Part shown: positions 25,886-39,680 of the stretch, piece by piece
Layout: every line of letters begins with the position of its first letter
Position numbering within the stretch: position 1 is the stretch's first letter
NCBI RefSeq assembly: GCF_006345805.1
Contig: NC_043009.1
Location: 37,014,001-37,078,000 of the forward strand
DNA: 64,000 nucleotides
Direction: 5' to 3'
Source of the DNA: Octopus sinensis
Taxonomy: Eukaryota
Translations under genes and position numbers: made by a program
Notes under the pieces: model-generated
What the model saw: only the letters and a program-made list of their open reading frames with translations
Database searches by the model: none
What the model was told of the DNA's origin: nothing

Positions 25886-26172
25886 GGTTAGCTTGGGAGG
25901 TTGAGTAGTTGTGGTCGAGGAAAAAAGTGGTTGTAGTACCAATAATTGTCGGAGCCCTGGGAACAGTGAGTAAAAATCTTGGGAAGTACATGGAACAAAC
26001 AAGGGTTGCAGTAAGGGTAGAGCACTTGCAGAAAACAACACTGCTTGGAACCGCTTGAATACTCCGAATGGTGCCCAAAAAACAAAGGGTGTTACCTTAG
26101 TTCACTGGCTGTGAACAACTGGCACCGTAGTACATCTCCAGCGATAGAAGCTGTGCAAAGACAATACATATT
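25886..26172 (+). mobile_element. RLE-type LINE 3' fragment 3
   Basis: KKVVVVPIIVGALGTVSKNL....HLQKTTLLGTA*ILR; (AAT)n on both sides (25819-25885 and 26173-26288). Confidence 0.88.
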
Positions 26173-26176
26173 AATA

Positions 26177-26251
<75 letters not shown>

Positions 26252-26472
26252 TAATAATAATAATAATAATGATAATAATAATAATAATATATGTATATAA
26301 TTCCAAGAGGGTTAGAGGTTGTGAATCCAACTAACTAAGAGATAACATCTATCCAATATACTGCTGGTAGAATACCCAATTATTAATACGTAAGTGTTTT
26401 TTCATTGCATGGTAATTACACTACTGAATGTAATAAATGGGTGAGGGTAAAAAGTTGTTTTACCCTTAATTT

Positions 26473-26944
26473 TATACAGCAATAAGAAAATGGAGGGGAC
26501 CAAGAGGTGGTATTCATCAACTTTTAGACATTATATTATGTTTATTTATTTATTTAAAAAAACAATTATAACAATATTCATACATGTATAACATATTATG
26601 CTTTACATATATAATATATAAAATATAAAAATACCAGTAATTGTTAAAATATATAACGTAGAGCAAAGAAATATTTCAGTTCACTGAAGGGATGGAAGTA
26701 AAGTGGGGTACTATGACCTCTTGACTGAAACAGCTGTAAGATACTATTCTACTTCCTATGCTCTACGTTATATATTTTAATAATTACTAGTATTTTTATA
26801 TTTTATATATTATATATGTAAAGCATAACATGCAATACATGTATGTATATTGTTATAATTGTTGTTTTTAAATAAATAAATAGACATATTATAATGTCTA
26901 AAAGTTGATGAATACCACCTCTTAATCCCCTCCATTTCTTATTG

Positions 26945-26951
<7 letters not shown>
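26473..26951. mobile_element. AT-rich palindrome (193-bp arms, 93-bp spacer), possibly PLE-derived
   Basis: 26473-26665 is the reverse complement of 26759-26951. The spacer holds CTGAAGG...GAAACAGCTGTA, and the right end abuts (TA)n. Confidence 0.6.
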
Positions 26952-26986
<35 letters not shown>

Positions 26987-27294
26987 TATATAAGTTGGAC
27001 GGCAAGTTGGGAGAAGCCTGTCGGAAGGATTGTATCTGTAATTCAAATGTCTCGCCTTGTCACACTAATTCGGCCCTGGAAATTACGCTGGGGGCACTGA
27101 TGGTTACGGAATACTCAACCGGTTATAAGTTGATTTAATTACTAGGCATTTCAATTTAGAAAATAACTTTATATGCGTCAAGGAAAACGACAGAGGATCC
27201 ATCATATGTATACGCCTTCGCGCGTGCACACACACACGTGTGTATGTATATATATGCATACATATACGTGTATATTTGTATGTGTGTGATCCGT

Positions 27295-27331
<37 letters not shown>

Positions 27332-27821
27332 TCGATTATGATTGAAAATGCTCAGAAAAGACAACCTGATATTTGTTGGAGATAATGTCAATAAAAGGTC
27401 CGTCTAAATACACTACTTCATGGTTTTGAGATAATTTTCTATTCTTTTGTCCTCTTGTGTGTGTGTGTGAGAGAGAGAGAAAGAGAGATATTGCGTGCGT
27501 GTGAGTGTAAGAGCGTGCGTGTGTGTGGTGTGTGTGTGTGTGAGTAAGTGTGTGGGTGTATCTTTTGTTATCACTGTCTGTTGAATATGTTTATTGTGCT
27601 GCGCTAGTTAGAATAACAAACCAATCACTCTGAGATTAACAGGCGGTTCATCGATCAATCGGTGCTACGTAGTTCCTCGTTCAGTTCTTTGTGAGCAGAT
27701 TGAAGTTATTGTTTGCTGATGAACTAAAGAAGACGACTTTGAACATTTTTGGCAGGACCTGGCACTTAATTAATATCTATGGAGTATTTATGTGTTTTAT
27801 TTATTAATTAGTATGGGTCTA

Positions 27822-27965
27822 AGGCAGCAAGCTGACAGAATCGTTAGCTCTGAGTTCAAATTCTGCTGAGGTCGACTTTGTCTTTCATCCCTTCGAGGAC
27901 GATTAATTAAGTACAGGTGAAACACTAGTCCCATGCCCGCAAATTTCTGGCCTTGTGCCTTTAGT
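27822..27965 (+). mobile_element. Old, internally deleted SINE group B
   Basis: gctgacagaatcgttag...gagttcaaattctgctgaggtcgactttg...ggccttgtgcct. Confidence 0.7.
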
Positions 27966-28776
27966 AAAAATGATTAATTAATATGGTTCATTTATTCGTT
28001 GTATAAACTTTAAAATCTGGATTCAATTTCGGTCTTTTATCAGATGTCAAAGAGCGATGGACGAAGGAGATTTGTATACCCCGCTCCCGATTATGTAAAC
28101 CTAGCAACATTTAGTCAATTGGTTCATTGACATTACAAAGTCCGTTTACTGTGCTTTGTTATAAATTAAAAGAAATACACTGTACAAGCCCAAATATATA
28201 ACTACTTGATTGAATATAGCAAAACGTAAGAATGATCCAGAATACTCTTGGTGGAATTTAGCTTCATTCCTCTAGGTTAATTCAGTCTACTGCGCCTCAA
28301 TCAAATTTCTTATCTTATGTCAGAATTATCAATATTTTAAGAACAGTTGTTATTTTGTAGTTGAAAATATAATTACTAAGATGGTTGTAGCCCTGTTTCA
28401 CTTGTAATGTTTTAATATATCCATCGCAGAAGTCGAACACTGATGATAACTGATGGATAGAATAAAATGGTTTGTTTTTCGAAACGCTGGAATAATTTGT
28501 CTTCAAAATATGTGAAATCAGACTAGTGTAAATTGTCAAATTATATAATACGAGCAAAACGCCCCACATCCAATGGACGGTGCTGAGTTGTTAAATATTT
28601 AAACCAAATTTTCTCAAAACAACTTGTCTGACCGTCCCATAGGCCTCCCCTTTGAGAAACACTGATTTAACCTAAATTTGAGACACCAGCAAAAGAAGAA
28701 ATAAAGATAGACTTTTTTCTATTCCAAAGAAAAACGATTTTATCCACACAAATATGCAACCGAAAAGTTTAAAGTA

Positions 28777-29008
28777 CCAGTAAGTACATCGCAACAGCTG
28801 ATGTACTTGCGCGTACAAATGCACGTTCCCAGGGCTTTATCGATCGCATTATCACCTAGGATCGATTTTTGTAATTTTTTCAAGACTTATACACGCCCTG
28901 ATACCATCGGTATCTACATATCAAATTTGAGCGCAATCGGATGGAGGATGCCCGAGATCCTAGAAGACACACACACACAGACAGACAGAACGGATTTTAT
29001 ATAATAGA
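28777..29008 (-). mobile_element. Non-autonomous Helitron (different family)
   Basis: Minus strand starts a|TCTATTATATAAAATCCG; 3' hairpin aagtacatc / gatgtactt; ends CTGG|t. Confidence 0.8.
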
Positions 29009-30106
29009 TATGGAGGTGATAAGTGGTGGCTCTATTAGCATGAAAAAGGGCTAATTAATTGTGAAGATATCAATAACATTTTTGTATCGATACACTATAA
29101 ATATGTCGAAACACAACATGCACCAATCTATACCTAGATCAAGATTTGAACACACTACAGCAAAATATGTCACATATATTATTACTAATTAAACTATTCA
29201 CCAGTTACACTTTAGCCTTTGCTGCTCTTAGATGTAAATTTATGGTTAGATGAAGGCAGGCACGAATGGTTAAGCACCTTAACCATTGGTACAGTTCAAT
29301 GCTTGTAACAAGAAGCGATCAACGTCTTTAGACAGGTTTTGCATAAAATAGAAAAAAGGTCTATTAACTTATTAACTATATATGTCGCAATTAATTCTTA
29401 TCTAATTACCGTATTATCAATTAATCAGAACTACTACATTAAAGATAATAACGCAATAAGCAATAGAGTCCCTACATACTTACTTGAAACGTGAGTTCGA
29501 ATGGAAATTAAAAGTCAAGCTGCTGTTATTGCCAAAGAAAGAACTGCAGTCTGTTTCCATAACTCTCGATGTATCAGTACTAAAGTAATTAATACCAACG
29601 TAATGATTCCTGCAATAAAAAGTAATTGATAGTGAATAAATGGAAAATATTACAACTGAGAGATTTAAGCAGATATATGTAGGTGTTTTCGTGTGTGCGT
29701 GTGTTGTATCTTGTGAAGGCAATTTTTTCAATGAAACCTTAACACTGGTTCAATTTCATTATTTCATTAGTGTTATAAGCCAACTATCTAATCACAAAAA
29801 AATCTTTTCGTTGAATGACCGTCTGCTCAACGAATTAATCCACCAATCCATCGATCATTTGGTTTGTTAGTCTTTTCGTCACGATATGAGGTTCCATCTT
29901 TGTTCTTGGTTTGTCAAAGAAGTATTCACCTTTTGGTGTCCTGTACCCATATATGCATGTATATATACATATAGATGTAGGTACGTACATATATGTATGT
30001 ATATTTTTTATTTTTTTATTCTATCTAGTTTCAGCTATATGCATATGTTTTATTTATTATTTTGTTATTATATGATGGAACGCATGCATCCATTTCTAAG
30101 TAAGTT

Positions 30107-30224
<118 letters not shown>

Positions 30225-30225
30225 C

Positions 30226-31073
30226 TTGCAACACCTGTCTGTGTTCGGTTTGTCCTTACACAGAGGCCATCCGGATTCCCGTTTGCGCCGTGAACAGGAA
30301 TTAATCTTCTCTCTTCGCTCTTATACGCCATTTGGTCTCAACTCTCCCCCCTCCTCATCTAACCCCCCCTCCCCCCTCCTCACCTACTCCCCCCGACCCC
30401 TACTTCTCTTCAGTCCTTCATCCTGTCACCCCTACTCCCCTTCCCTTCTTCCCACTTTCTCCCTCCCTCCTTCCCTCTTCCCCTTCCCTCTGCTCCCTCA
30501 CTCCCCTTCTATCTCCCCCTCTCCCCTCTCCCTCTTTCCTCTTTCCTCCTCCCCTTCCTTCTCCCCCTCCCCTTCCCCCTCCCCCTCTTCTCCTCTCTCC
30601 ACGCTACACCACACGACTTTACACATCACATCATATATGATGTGCCATACTAATACATACACCAACTAACACATACTAATACACACTAATACATACTAAT
30701 ACATACACCAACCCTATACATACACACGTCCAGACCTCTCATACGCACTAATACTCTCTCATACACACACACCCTTATGTTGGAGTAGGTCATTCAACCC
30801 TATTATCTCCCCTAATTTCGCTCTCGCGTCTCATGTTTGATCTTTGACTTCTGGCCGAAATCAGATCGCCATGTTGATTCGTTAGTTACTGCACGCATTT
30901 TTTTCTCCCCTTCTTTCTGTGTTTTTTTTCTCTGTGTATCTTTCTGTTGAAGAGCGTAGGCTCGAAACGTTAAAGACTTGTTTTATTTATATTTTCTGAG
31001 CGCCATACTAATACAATTATTTGTTTGTTTTCCACCTGCCTTCGTCTTTTGTCTATTTTCATAAAGCTTCCCG

Positions 31074-31075
<2 letters not shown>
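30226..31075 (+). mobile_element. Penelope-like element 3' fragment (ORF C-terminus, CT-rich UTR, hammerhead motif)
   Basis: QHLSVFGLSLHRGHPDSRLRREQELIFSLRSYTPFGLN matches the PLE GIY-YIG C-terminal pattern R..EQ..IF.L....P.GLN. (TA)n on both sides. Confidence 0.8.
30939..30976 (+). ncRNA. Minimal type I hammerhead-like motif with an A6U core variant
   Basis: tcttt CTGTTGA a gagc gtag gctc GAAA CG TT aaaga: stem I 5 bp, stem II 4 bp, palindromic AACGTT helix III. Confidence 0.65.
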
Positions 31076-31117
<42 letters not shown>

Positions 31118-31119
<2 letters not shown>

Positions 31120-31411
31120 AGGCGCAATGGCCCAGTGGTTAGGGCAGCGGATTCGCGGTTTCGATTCCCAGATCGGGCGTTGTGAGTGTTTATTGAGCGA
31201 AAATACCTATAGCTCCACGAGGCTCCGGCAGGGGGGGGGGCGATCCCTGCTGTACTCTTTCGCCGCAACTTTCTCTCACTCTTTCTTCTATTGGCCTGCT
31301 CGCTTAGCCAGCGGAGTGGTGTCATTTGAAGGCTAAATCAATGCAAAGCGCATTGTGACCAGCGATGTGTAGCAACATCTGATAGTCTGGTCGGTCACGT
31401 GATCACGTGAT
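31118..31411 (+). mobile_element. SINE C head and middle with an RTE-like tail, flanked by (TA)n
   Basis: 5' part matches 897-1080; 31349-31403 matches the RTE end at 4952-5006 (44/55). Confidence 0.88.
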
Positions 31412-31516
31412 ATATATATATATATATAAAATGAATCGATTACTTACATCGGTTTCTGAAAATTTCTTTTGCTCACAAGACATGGTAACTGTCTTTAGAA
31501 CGTGATAGGTTATTAC

Positions 31517-31679
31517 CAGGGCCGGTGCGGTGAAGTTTGAGGTCTGTGGTTTCACCATTAGCCACAATGATATATTAAAACTTCATCATACCTTTCCCCG
31601 CTGTATCGTGCACAGGGCCCTCTCTTGGCATGGAGCCTAATTTGACTATTTGTGTCTAATTGGCTTAAAATCGGCTCTG
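31517..31679. mobile_element. hAT-type MITE
   Basis: TIR cagggccggt / atcggctctg; perfect 8-bp TSD gttattac at 31509-31516 and 31680-31687. Confidence 0.85.
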
Positions 31680-32462
31680 GTTATTACAGACGGAATCTAC
31701 ATTAATTACGTTCGTCATGCTTAGTCTTTCGAGACACCAAAAAGATATCAAAAAGTAAGGTTAACTTCGTGTTGGATTTGAATTTAGAACTGTTAATAAA
31801 ACATTAAAAAGAATTAACAAACAGCGTCGAAGTGTTATACTATTTCGTCATGCTGTTGTCTCCAATCGTCTTCAAGGACTCGTACCTGGGAAAATAATAT
31901 TTTAAAGTTATGTCATAAACAAATATCGTGACTGCATTCATCTTGTAAACATAAATAAAACTGTTTTTTTCTCATTGCGTATTTCTTTCTGATCTGAATA
32001 CATTTTTTCTTATTCTTTGTCTGTTATTGTTGCTATTGTTATGGTTGTTATTTCTTAGCTTGAGGTCAGTTCTGATCAAGAAGAGCTGTATATATAACCA
32101 ATTCCAACCGTGACTGTCCTGTTTATTCTCTTTCTCAGAGACGACTAACTTGTTCAATATATAAATATACATACGTATGCATACATACATACGTACATAC
32201 ATACATACGTACGTATGTACGTATGTACGTATGTACGTATGTATGCATGTATGTATGTATGTATGTATGTATGCATGTATGTATGCATGTATGCATGCAT
32301 GTATGCATGCATGTATGTATGCATGTATGTATGTATGTATTTATGTATGTATGTATGTATGTATGTATGTATGTATGTATGTATGTGCCTCTGAGTCTGT
32401 ATATATGTGTAAGTGTTAAAAGTAATAGGATTTAATTTTAGGGAAGCAAGCCTGCTGTTTCT

Positions 32463-32704
32463 TATTTCTTTCTTATTCCTTTATTGCCCACAAGGGGCTA
32501 AACATACAGGGGACAAACAAGGACAGACAAAGGGATTAAGTCGATTACATCGACCCCAGTGCGTAACTGGTACTCAATTTATCGACCCCGAAAGGATGAA
32601 AGGCAAAGTCGACCTCGGTGTAATTTGAACTCAGAACGTAAGGACAGACGAAATACTGTCAAGCATTTCGCCCGGCCTGCTAGCTTTTCTGCCATGTTTC
32701 CGCC
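32463..32704 (-). mobile_element. SINE group B
   Basis: Full-length homology to 13877-14103. Confidence 0.9.
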
Positions 32705-32863
32705 TTAAACAGCTTGCCTGTTGTTTCTAGCGGATTGATCGACAACTTTGCGAATTCTTCGTTGGTTCTTTCTGTTGTTTTAATATGTGATGTTACTTTT
32801 GTAAGTGGGAATTCGTGAAAAAAATATGTAAGTGCTGTGTATGTGTGAGTGCGCATGTTTATA

Positions 32864-32903
<40 letters not shown>

Positions 32904-33963
32904 TACGTATTTATGTAAATACTTCATTTGTATCCTTATGTAGTGAATATTTCACGCACATACGTACACTCATACTCACACACAAACACACATGCATACA
33001 CAAACGCGCGTGGATGCATATATATGTACACATGCAAACGAACATATATATGTATATAAACATATATATATGTATGTATGTATATAAATTTATATATATG
33101 TGTGTGTGTGGTGTGTGTATGTGTGTGTGTGTGTGTATGTGCGTGTGTGTGTTTGTGTGTGTGTGTGTTTACATATACGTACACAAACAGACGTGGTGAA
33201 TAAATTATTTTTTCTTGTAATAGTTGCAAGATTAGTCATAGCATAAATATTTATACTGCAATTTCTATGAGAACTAATCTACGAACAATGTAACAACTTT
33301 AAATCTATTGATAGATGAAGATTATGTAATTTTTGCGGGGATTATGAGAAATTAAAATAATGTGAGATATTCATCTTGAGTAAAGACCCTGTTTCAAGTA
33401 AGTGCCAAAGGTGATGATTTTAAAAATTATAGAATTGCAAGTATGTGCTCTTTAAATGCCTGTGAATAAGTAAAGAAATGAATGAAACAAAATAAAAATT
33501 GAAAAATGTAAAATAATCTTAGAAAAATACTTGGTGTTTGAGATAAACTTACGAAGGGAGGCAACTGGAGTAAAATTTAAAGCATTTGTTATTTATTATT
33601 TATTTATTTATTATTCATTTTTTTAAAGGAAAAGATTAACGGTTTAAGGAATTGCTTCTAGAGATTATTCGAATAATCACAACAAATAATATTAGTCTTT
33701 TAGAAAATATAATAAAAAAAATACATGGTGTAGTTTTATATCTCCAACTTAAAACGATTTTAATTGCTTCTTATAGTTCTAAGAGATTAATCAATTAATG
33801 ATATGCAATGAAGCAAAAATATTCAACGAATCCTGTCCGGGGATCAACTAGTTCCTTATGATTATATTAGCATTACTAGATTTGTTTCAAAGAGTGGCGA
33901 GAGAATATTTACAACACTATCAGCGTGTTGTGGTCCTTATTCTTGTTTCTACACGATTCAATG

Positions 33964-34281
33964 AATGACTTATGAAATGCATGGTTCCAAGACCGATATG
34001 ATAAATGGTTCTAATACAGAATTCTTGTTATTAAAGAAATGAAAAGATTGTTTTTTTTAGATTTCAAAGGATGAGATATAGGAAATACTTTGACGAATTT
34101 TCAAATTAGCAAAGGCTTGCTTCTTATTCTAGTCTTTATAGTGTTAGAGTGGAAAAGCTTATTGCTTTTCCAGGAACATCAAGAACCTAAGTTAAATTAT
34201 AGTTTTTGTATCAGAAAATGGAAGCCTCATCGGAAGCTTCATTCCAACTGAAGTTCAAATATTGTACAAGTACCTTTGTAG
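33964..34281. repeat. About 315-bp segment duplicated at 38766-39080
   Basis: The two segments align almost throughout, with scattered substitutions. Confidence 0.92.
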
Positions 34282-34288
34282 GTATATC

Positions 34289-34530
34289 TTATCTATGTTC
34301 AATGTCTTTCTGTCTATGGAAATAAGACATAGGATTATGTTTAATTTGCTTAGTGACATGGTGGTCAAAATCACAAAAGCCCATTCCCATAAAACCAGTA
34401 CCACGTGGTAGATAAGACATAACTACGATTATGTAATGCTTATCTCCATGGTTCTTGCGAGGCAATTCCATTGAAAATTTTTGCCAAGAAGACCGAAATC
34501 CGTTGGGTTGTGTCGGTGTACGGGCAATTT
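34289..34530 (-). pseudogene. Possible degenerate retroviral-type (rve) integrase remnant
   Basis: SWQKFSMELPRKNHGDKHYIIVVMSY...GTGF....FCDF....QIKHNPMSYFHRQ resembles the integrase motifs W..ISMD..LP..G.KYILVV.DY and NG.QF..F..GIKH..S.YHPQ, with an internal deletion. Confidence 0.35.
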
Positions 34531-35966
34531 AACTTTTGTCCTTTAATATCGCTTCTCGAACATTCAACCTAAATACGGATTTCCTTTGGAGGTAGCTAAT
34601 CCAAAATCGCCCAATATCCATGTCATATACTGTACTCGCATAGCGTCACAGAGATCAAATCAAGAGAAAACTGCTTACGGTTACTGTACCTGCTAAATAT
34701 TGCAGCCAAATTACCCTCCAAATACACTTGCAAGTATGCCGGCCACCATTTTCTTAGATTTGGTTGGTCATGTCGCTCTCTTCTGGTACTTTTTAAAAAA
34801 GTTACATGCTTATTCTATTGTCTTTAATCTGTCAAGCCGCTAAGTTACGGGATATAATTGCAAATAAGTACACGCGCGCACGTACCCCCGCACTTACACA
34901 CACGTACACGTACATTTTTCGTCTACCGAATTCACCCACAAGGCCGCGGTCGGCGTTAGTCGACCCGATGCTATACTAAAAAGCACATGTCTCAGGTGCC
35001 ACACAATGGGACCGAGCTCGAATCCAGGTGGTTGCGAGCCATACTTAGTACGTATACATACATTCTTGTATGTATTTTATTGACTTTAGGGGTGGGATGA
35101 AATGAAACTGGGGTTTTTGAACTCGCAAGGGGAATTAAGTGGAGAAAACTAAGACGGTCAATGTCTCTGCTAAACCAGAACTCCGCTAAATTCAAAGGGC
35201 GTACTTTTTTTTTTTTTCATTTGCGATGAAAGGTGATGTAATTTGTCCGTTGTACACAGTCGTGATTTGTATGAACAAAAATCATACAAACCTGATAGTT
35301 TCCATCTATGAGAGATTAAAGATTATGCTACTCTCATGGAGTGGAATTTAAAAGAAAAAATTAGTGTTTCATTATATGATATTATTTATGTTTTTTTATA
35401 TACTTATTTTATCCCCCCCCCCGTTCCCTCCTTTTCCTTCATTTTGTTTGTTTATTTTCTATTTTCAATAAATGCCTCATTTTACGTTGATGTGTAGAAT
35501 TGTTTGGTGAAGCGGATTAACAAAATAAATATCTACCATTCATATATTTCTATTAACCTCTTCCACTCTTTCTTTCTCTCTTTCTCTCTTTCTTTCTTTC
35601 TTTTCTTCCAACCCCGTCCTCTTGTACTATTTTATTTTTCCTATTCTTCTTTCTCCCTTCCTTTTCATTCTATTCATTCATTCATTCATTCTTTCTTTCT
35701 GTCTTTCTTTCTTTCTTTCTTTCTTCCTTCCTTTCTTTCTTCCTTCCTTCCTTTCTTTCTTTCCTTTCTCGATAAGTAAGTTGAAGGCTATTAAGAAGAA
35801 GAAGCAAAACAAAATCCCACGATGAAGAAAGATGTTCTGTTTATAAATAACATGGCGCATAACTGAATGCAAGGCGACAATGAGAAATGTCACTGACAAT
35901 GGCCAGTGATAACAACTCTACCATACCTGCAAGCAAGACCACCACCACCACCACCACCACCACCAC

Positions 35967-36001
<35 letters not shown>

Positions 36002-36110
36002 ACAACAGGTGCTACTACAAGGTAAAGCATTAAAAACACATTAAAACCTCCTGTTATTGTACTGACATTATTATAAAATTAATACGATGTCATAAACAAC
36101 TGCACAACTC

Positions 36111-36174
<64 letters not shown>

Positions 36175-36670
36175 TGCAGTCCTTATCACCTCTATCACCT
36201 CGCAATAGCAGCTAGGACAACAACGGATGAGTAATTACAAAACCAATTTTAATAAGATTAAAACTAACAAATGACTACTTCTACTACTACTACTACTACT
36301 TCTACTACAACAACAACAGCAATAACTACTGCTACTACTACTACTACTACTACTACTTTTATTAATAATGATTATTCTGATAAAATTTGGGCGCAAAGCC
36401 TATAATTTTAGGAGAAAGGTAGTTAGTTGATTGAATACACGACTCCAGTACTTTACTGGTACTTCATTTTGCCGACCTCTGCTAGATGGAAAGTAAGGTT
36501 GATCTCAGCGAGATTCGAACTCAGAACGTAATGAACCAGGATAAATATCACATGATAGTTTGTCCGATACTCTAACGATTCAGCCATGCACGAAAACAGT
36601 TTCTAATTTACACTCGAGGCTAGCATTTTAGAGAGGAGAGTCTGAGTTGATTCTATCGACTTCAGTGCTT

Positions 36671-37077
36671 GAGCTGGCAGAAACGTTAGCACGTCGGGCG
36701 AAATGCTTAGCGGTATTTCGTCTGCCGTTACGTTGTGAGTTCAAATTCCGCCGAGGTCGACTTTGCCTTTCATCCTTTCGGGGTCGATAAATTAAGTACC
36801 AGTTCCGCACTGGGGCCGATGTAATCGACTTAATACCTATGTCTGTCCTTGTTTGTTCCCACTGTGTTTAGCCCCTTGTGGGTAGTAAAGAAATAGGTAT
36901 TTCGTCTTTCGTTACGTTGTGAGTTCAAATTCCGCTGAGGTCGACTTTGCCTTTCATCCTTTCGGGGTCGATAAAATAAGTACCAGTTACGCACTGGGGT
37001 CGATGTAATCGACTTAATACCTATGTCCGTCCTTGTTTGTCCCTTCTGTTTAGCCCCTTGTGGGTAATAAAGAAATA
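36671..37077 (+). mobile_element. SINE B head-to-tail dimer inserted among old B remnants (36405-36670, 37078-37140)
   Basis: Internal junction aaagaaata|ggtatttcgtc at 36895/36896; the end is again followed by ggtattt. Confidence 0.9.
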
Positions 37078-37666
37078 GGTATTTTATCATATCGACCTTG
37101 ATCTCCCAGGATTTGAATGCAGAATGTAGGAAACCGGAAAATAACAATAATTTCGAGAGCAGCTGCAACGAAATTGATAATAAAAGAACAAACAATAAGA
37201 GAAAAAAGTAAAACAAAAACTCCAAAAAGCAACATCTAAATAAAAAGTTTAAAATAACCCTTAATATCGTTCGTTATCTTACGATAGCTCCCTATGACGT
37301 CATCAGATTGTGTATTGACGTAGGGTGATCACTATTTCCTTTGTTGTCCAATCCATTAAGACCCCTTTTCATTGAATGCTATAAAGGAGCTGAGAAAATA
37401 ATAGCTCCGGGGAGGAAGGGGTCAGGTATAAATAGAGTCAGAGTGTGGCGGGAGGAGAGGGGTTTTTTTTATAAAAGGGGTTTGGCGGGAAGAGATGAAA
37501 TAGTGATAAACACTTAAGTAGGTTGTTGACATGACGTATATGGACTTTACAGGTGAGATGATAGTGGAGGGATTTGTAATTGAGGACTGTGAATGGGTGT
37601 GTGTATGCGTGCACGTGTGTGTATATATGTGTGTATAGGTTTATGTTTGTGTGTGTATACATGCGA

Positions 37667-37702
<36 letters not shown>

Positions 37703-37767
37703 TTGGGTGGGTGGATACCTGTTTGTGCGTGTGTGTCAGTATGTGTGTTCGTGTGTGTACGTGCATG

Positions 37768-38213
37768 GGATCTTTTCGGTTTGAACGGCAGTTTTTTCTA
37801 GCGGTGCCATATGAAATTGTCGCCCATAATTATGACCCTAGTATCGATCTATTGCATTTCAATCTGTTTTAGGGTTATGGTTAGTTATGGTTAGTTATGG
37901 TTAGGGTTAGGGTTAGGGTTAGGTGTGGGGGGAAGGGTATCTTTTTTTCTTCACAAATTTAAATAAACCCAGTCTCTTTCTTAAACGAGGGACATATTCA
38001 TACGGCACAGAATGTTTTTTTTTACCTCAATAGACGTCATTGATTTGTTGAAATTGCAGACATTGAAGAAAAAACAACAATCTTACAAACTATAGAATTT
38101 TCTCAATAAAGCCAAAAGAAAAAAATGTTTTATAAACACATTCTACCAGTATACGAAGTGTTTAGTTACGTGGAAATTATTTTAAAAAACTACTGTTCAA
38201 ACCAAAAAGATCC
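37768..38213 (+). mobile_element. Merlin-like MITE carrying TTAGGG-like repeats
   Basis: About 29-bp TIR starting GGATC; 8-bp TSD cgtgcatg at 37760-37767 and 38214-38221; paralogous empty site at 41731-41738. Confidence 0.85.
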
Positions 38214-39680
38214 CGTGCATGTGTATGTATGCCTGTGTGAGTGTTTACGGCATAAGTGGTTATTCTTCTTGTATGTTGTTTAGTTTATCGTATAGTCAAA
38301 GACGTTCCAAACATGATCATTCCATCTTTCTGTATATAATGGTCAATAGTTTCCTTTAAGTCTATTCAGTGTAGTTTGAAGGATTTGGTTAGCTTTAGCA
38401 GGTGGCGGGACTACGTGGACGCTCCCACGTTGCCTCACTTGCTTTTATCGAGGTCGTTTTTTAGACCCAGCTCTTTTCTGACAGGACGCTCGTCGTGACC
38501 ATCTCATATGGGGTATTCTAAGAGGAATTTAGCTGTTGCGTCTAGCAGATCGAGTGACACTACAGTGGCTCCCTCGTTGACATCCTGTAAATAGTTGGTG
38601 ATAGTGGTAACGTTGGTGTTGGTGGTGGTAGTTGTAGTAATGGCGTTGATGGCAGTGGCTGTGTTGGTAATGGCGATAGTGCTGATAGTGGTGGTGGTTG
38701 TATGGTGATTTTGATGATAATATTATTGTGGTGGTAGTGATTGTGCCATGTTGGTATTAGAGATAAATGACTTATGGAATGCATGGTTCCAAGACCGACG
38801 TGATACACGATTCTAATACAGAATTCGTGTTATTAAAGGAATGAAAATATTGGTTTTTAGATTTCAAAGGACGGGATATAGGAAATACTTTGACGAATTT
38901 TCAAATTAGCAAAGGCTTGCTTCTTATTCTAGTCTTTATAGTGTTAGAGTGGAAAGGCTTATTGCTTTTCCAGGAACATTCAGAACCTAAGTTAAATTAT
39001 AGTTGTTTTATCAGAAAATGGAAGCCTCATCGCAAGCTTCAATCCAACTGAGGTTCAACTGTTGTACAAGTACCTTTGTGGTAGAGATTGTGCCATGTTG
39101 GTGGAAATGATGGTGATGGTAAGAGTGGTGGGGATGGTGTTGGTAGTGGTGATATTGGAGTATATGAAGGCTACAGGTTGTTGACCTTGATATATGATAC
39201 GAGACATGGAGGTGTAAATGACAAAGATTCATTAATTGTTGGAGCATCTACTAAAAACCTGGTCTTTTCTGCTGTTCTGGGTGGAAAATAATTTGTTTCT
39301 TTTCGCTGGATCAATTCCTCTACCAAGGAACCAAATATTATTGATGTGATATCACGAAACTTTTACGTACTTATGTACGTTATTATTCAGTTTTATTTCA
39401 AGATTTCTTGCCAATAGAGAAAATTTATGTATGTATGTGTGAGCGCGCGAATGATGTTTTAGAAAGAAACGGCGTAATTTTCTCACACACGCGCAGTCAA
39501 GCACACGCATTCATTCATTCACTCATTCATACATACATACATACATACATACATACATACATACACACACACAAGTTAAACGTATATATATGATAATAAA
39601 TGCAACCGCCACATAGCTACAAAGCAAGGTGGACAAATATCGCACACGAGTACCAAAGGTAGAATAAAATATGGCGTTCC

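Noticed and set aside
37869-37923. True telomere or chromosome-fusion scar
   Set aside because: Only a few units, one orientation, inside a MITE with TIRs and TSD.
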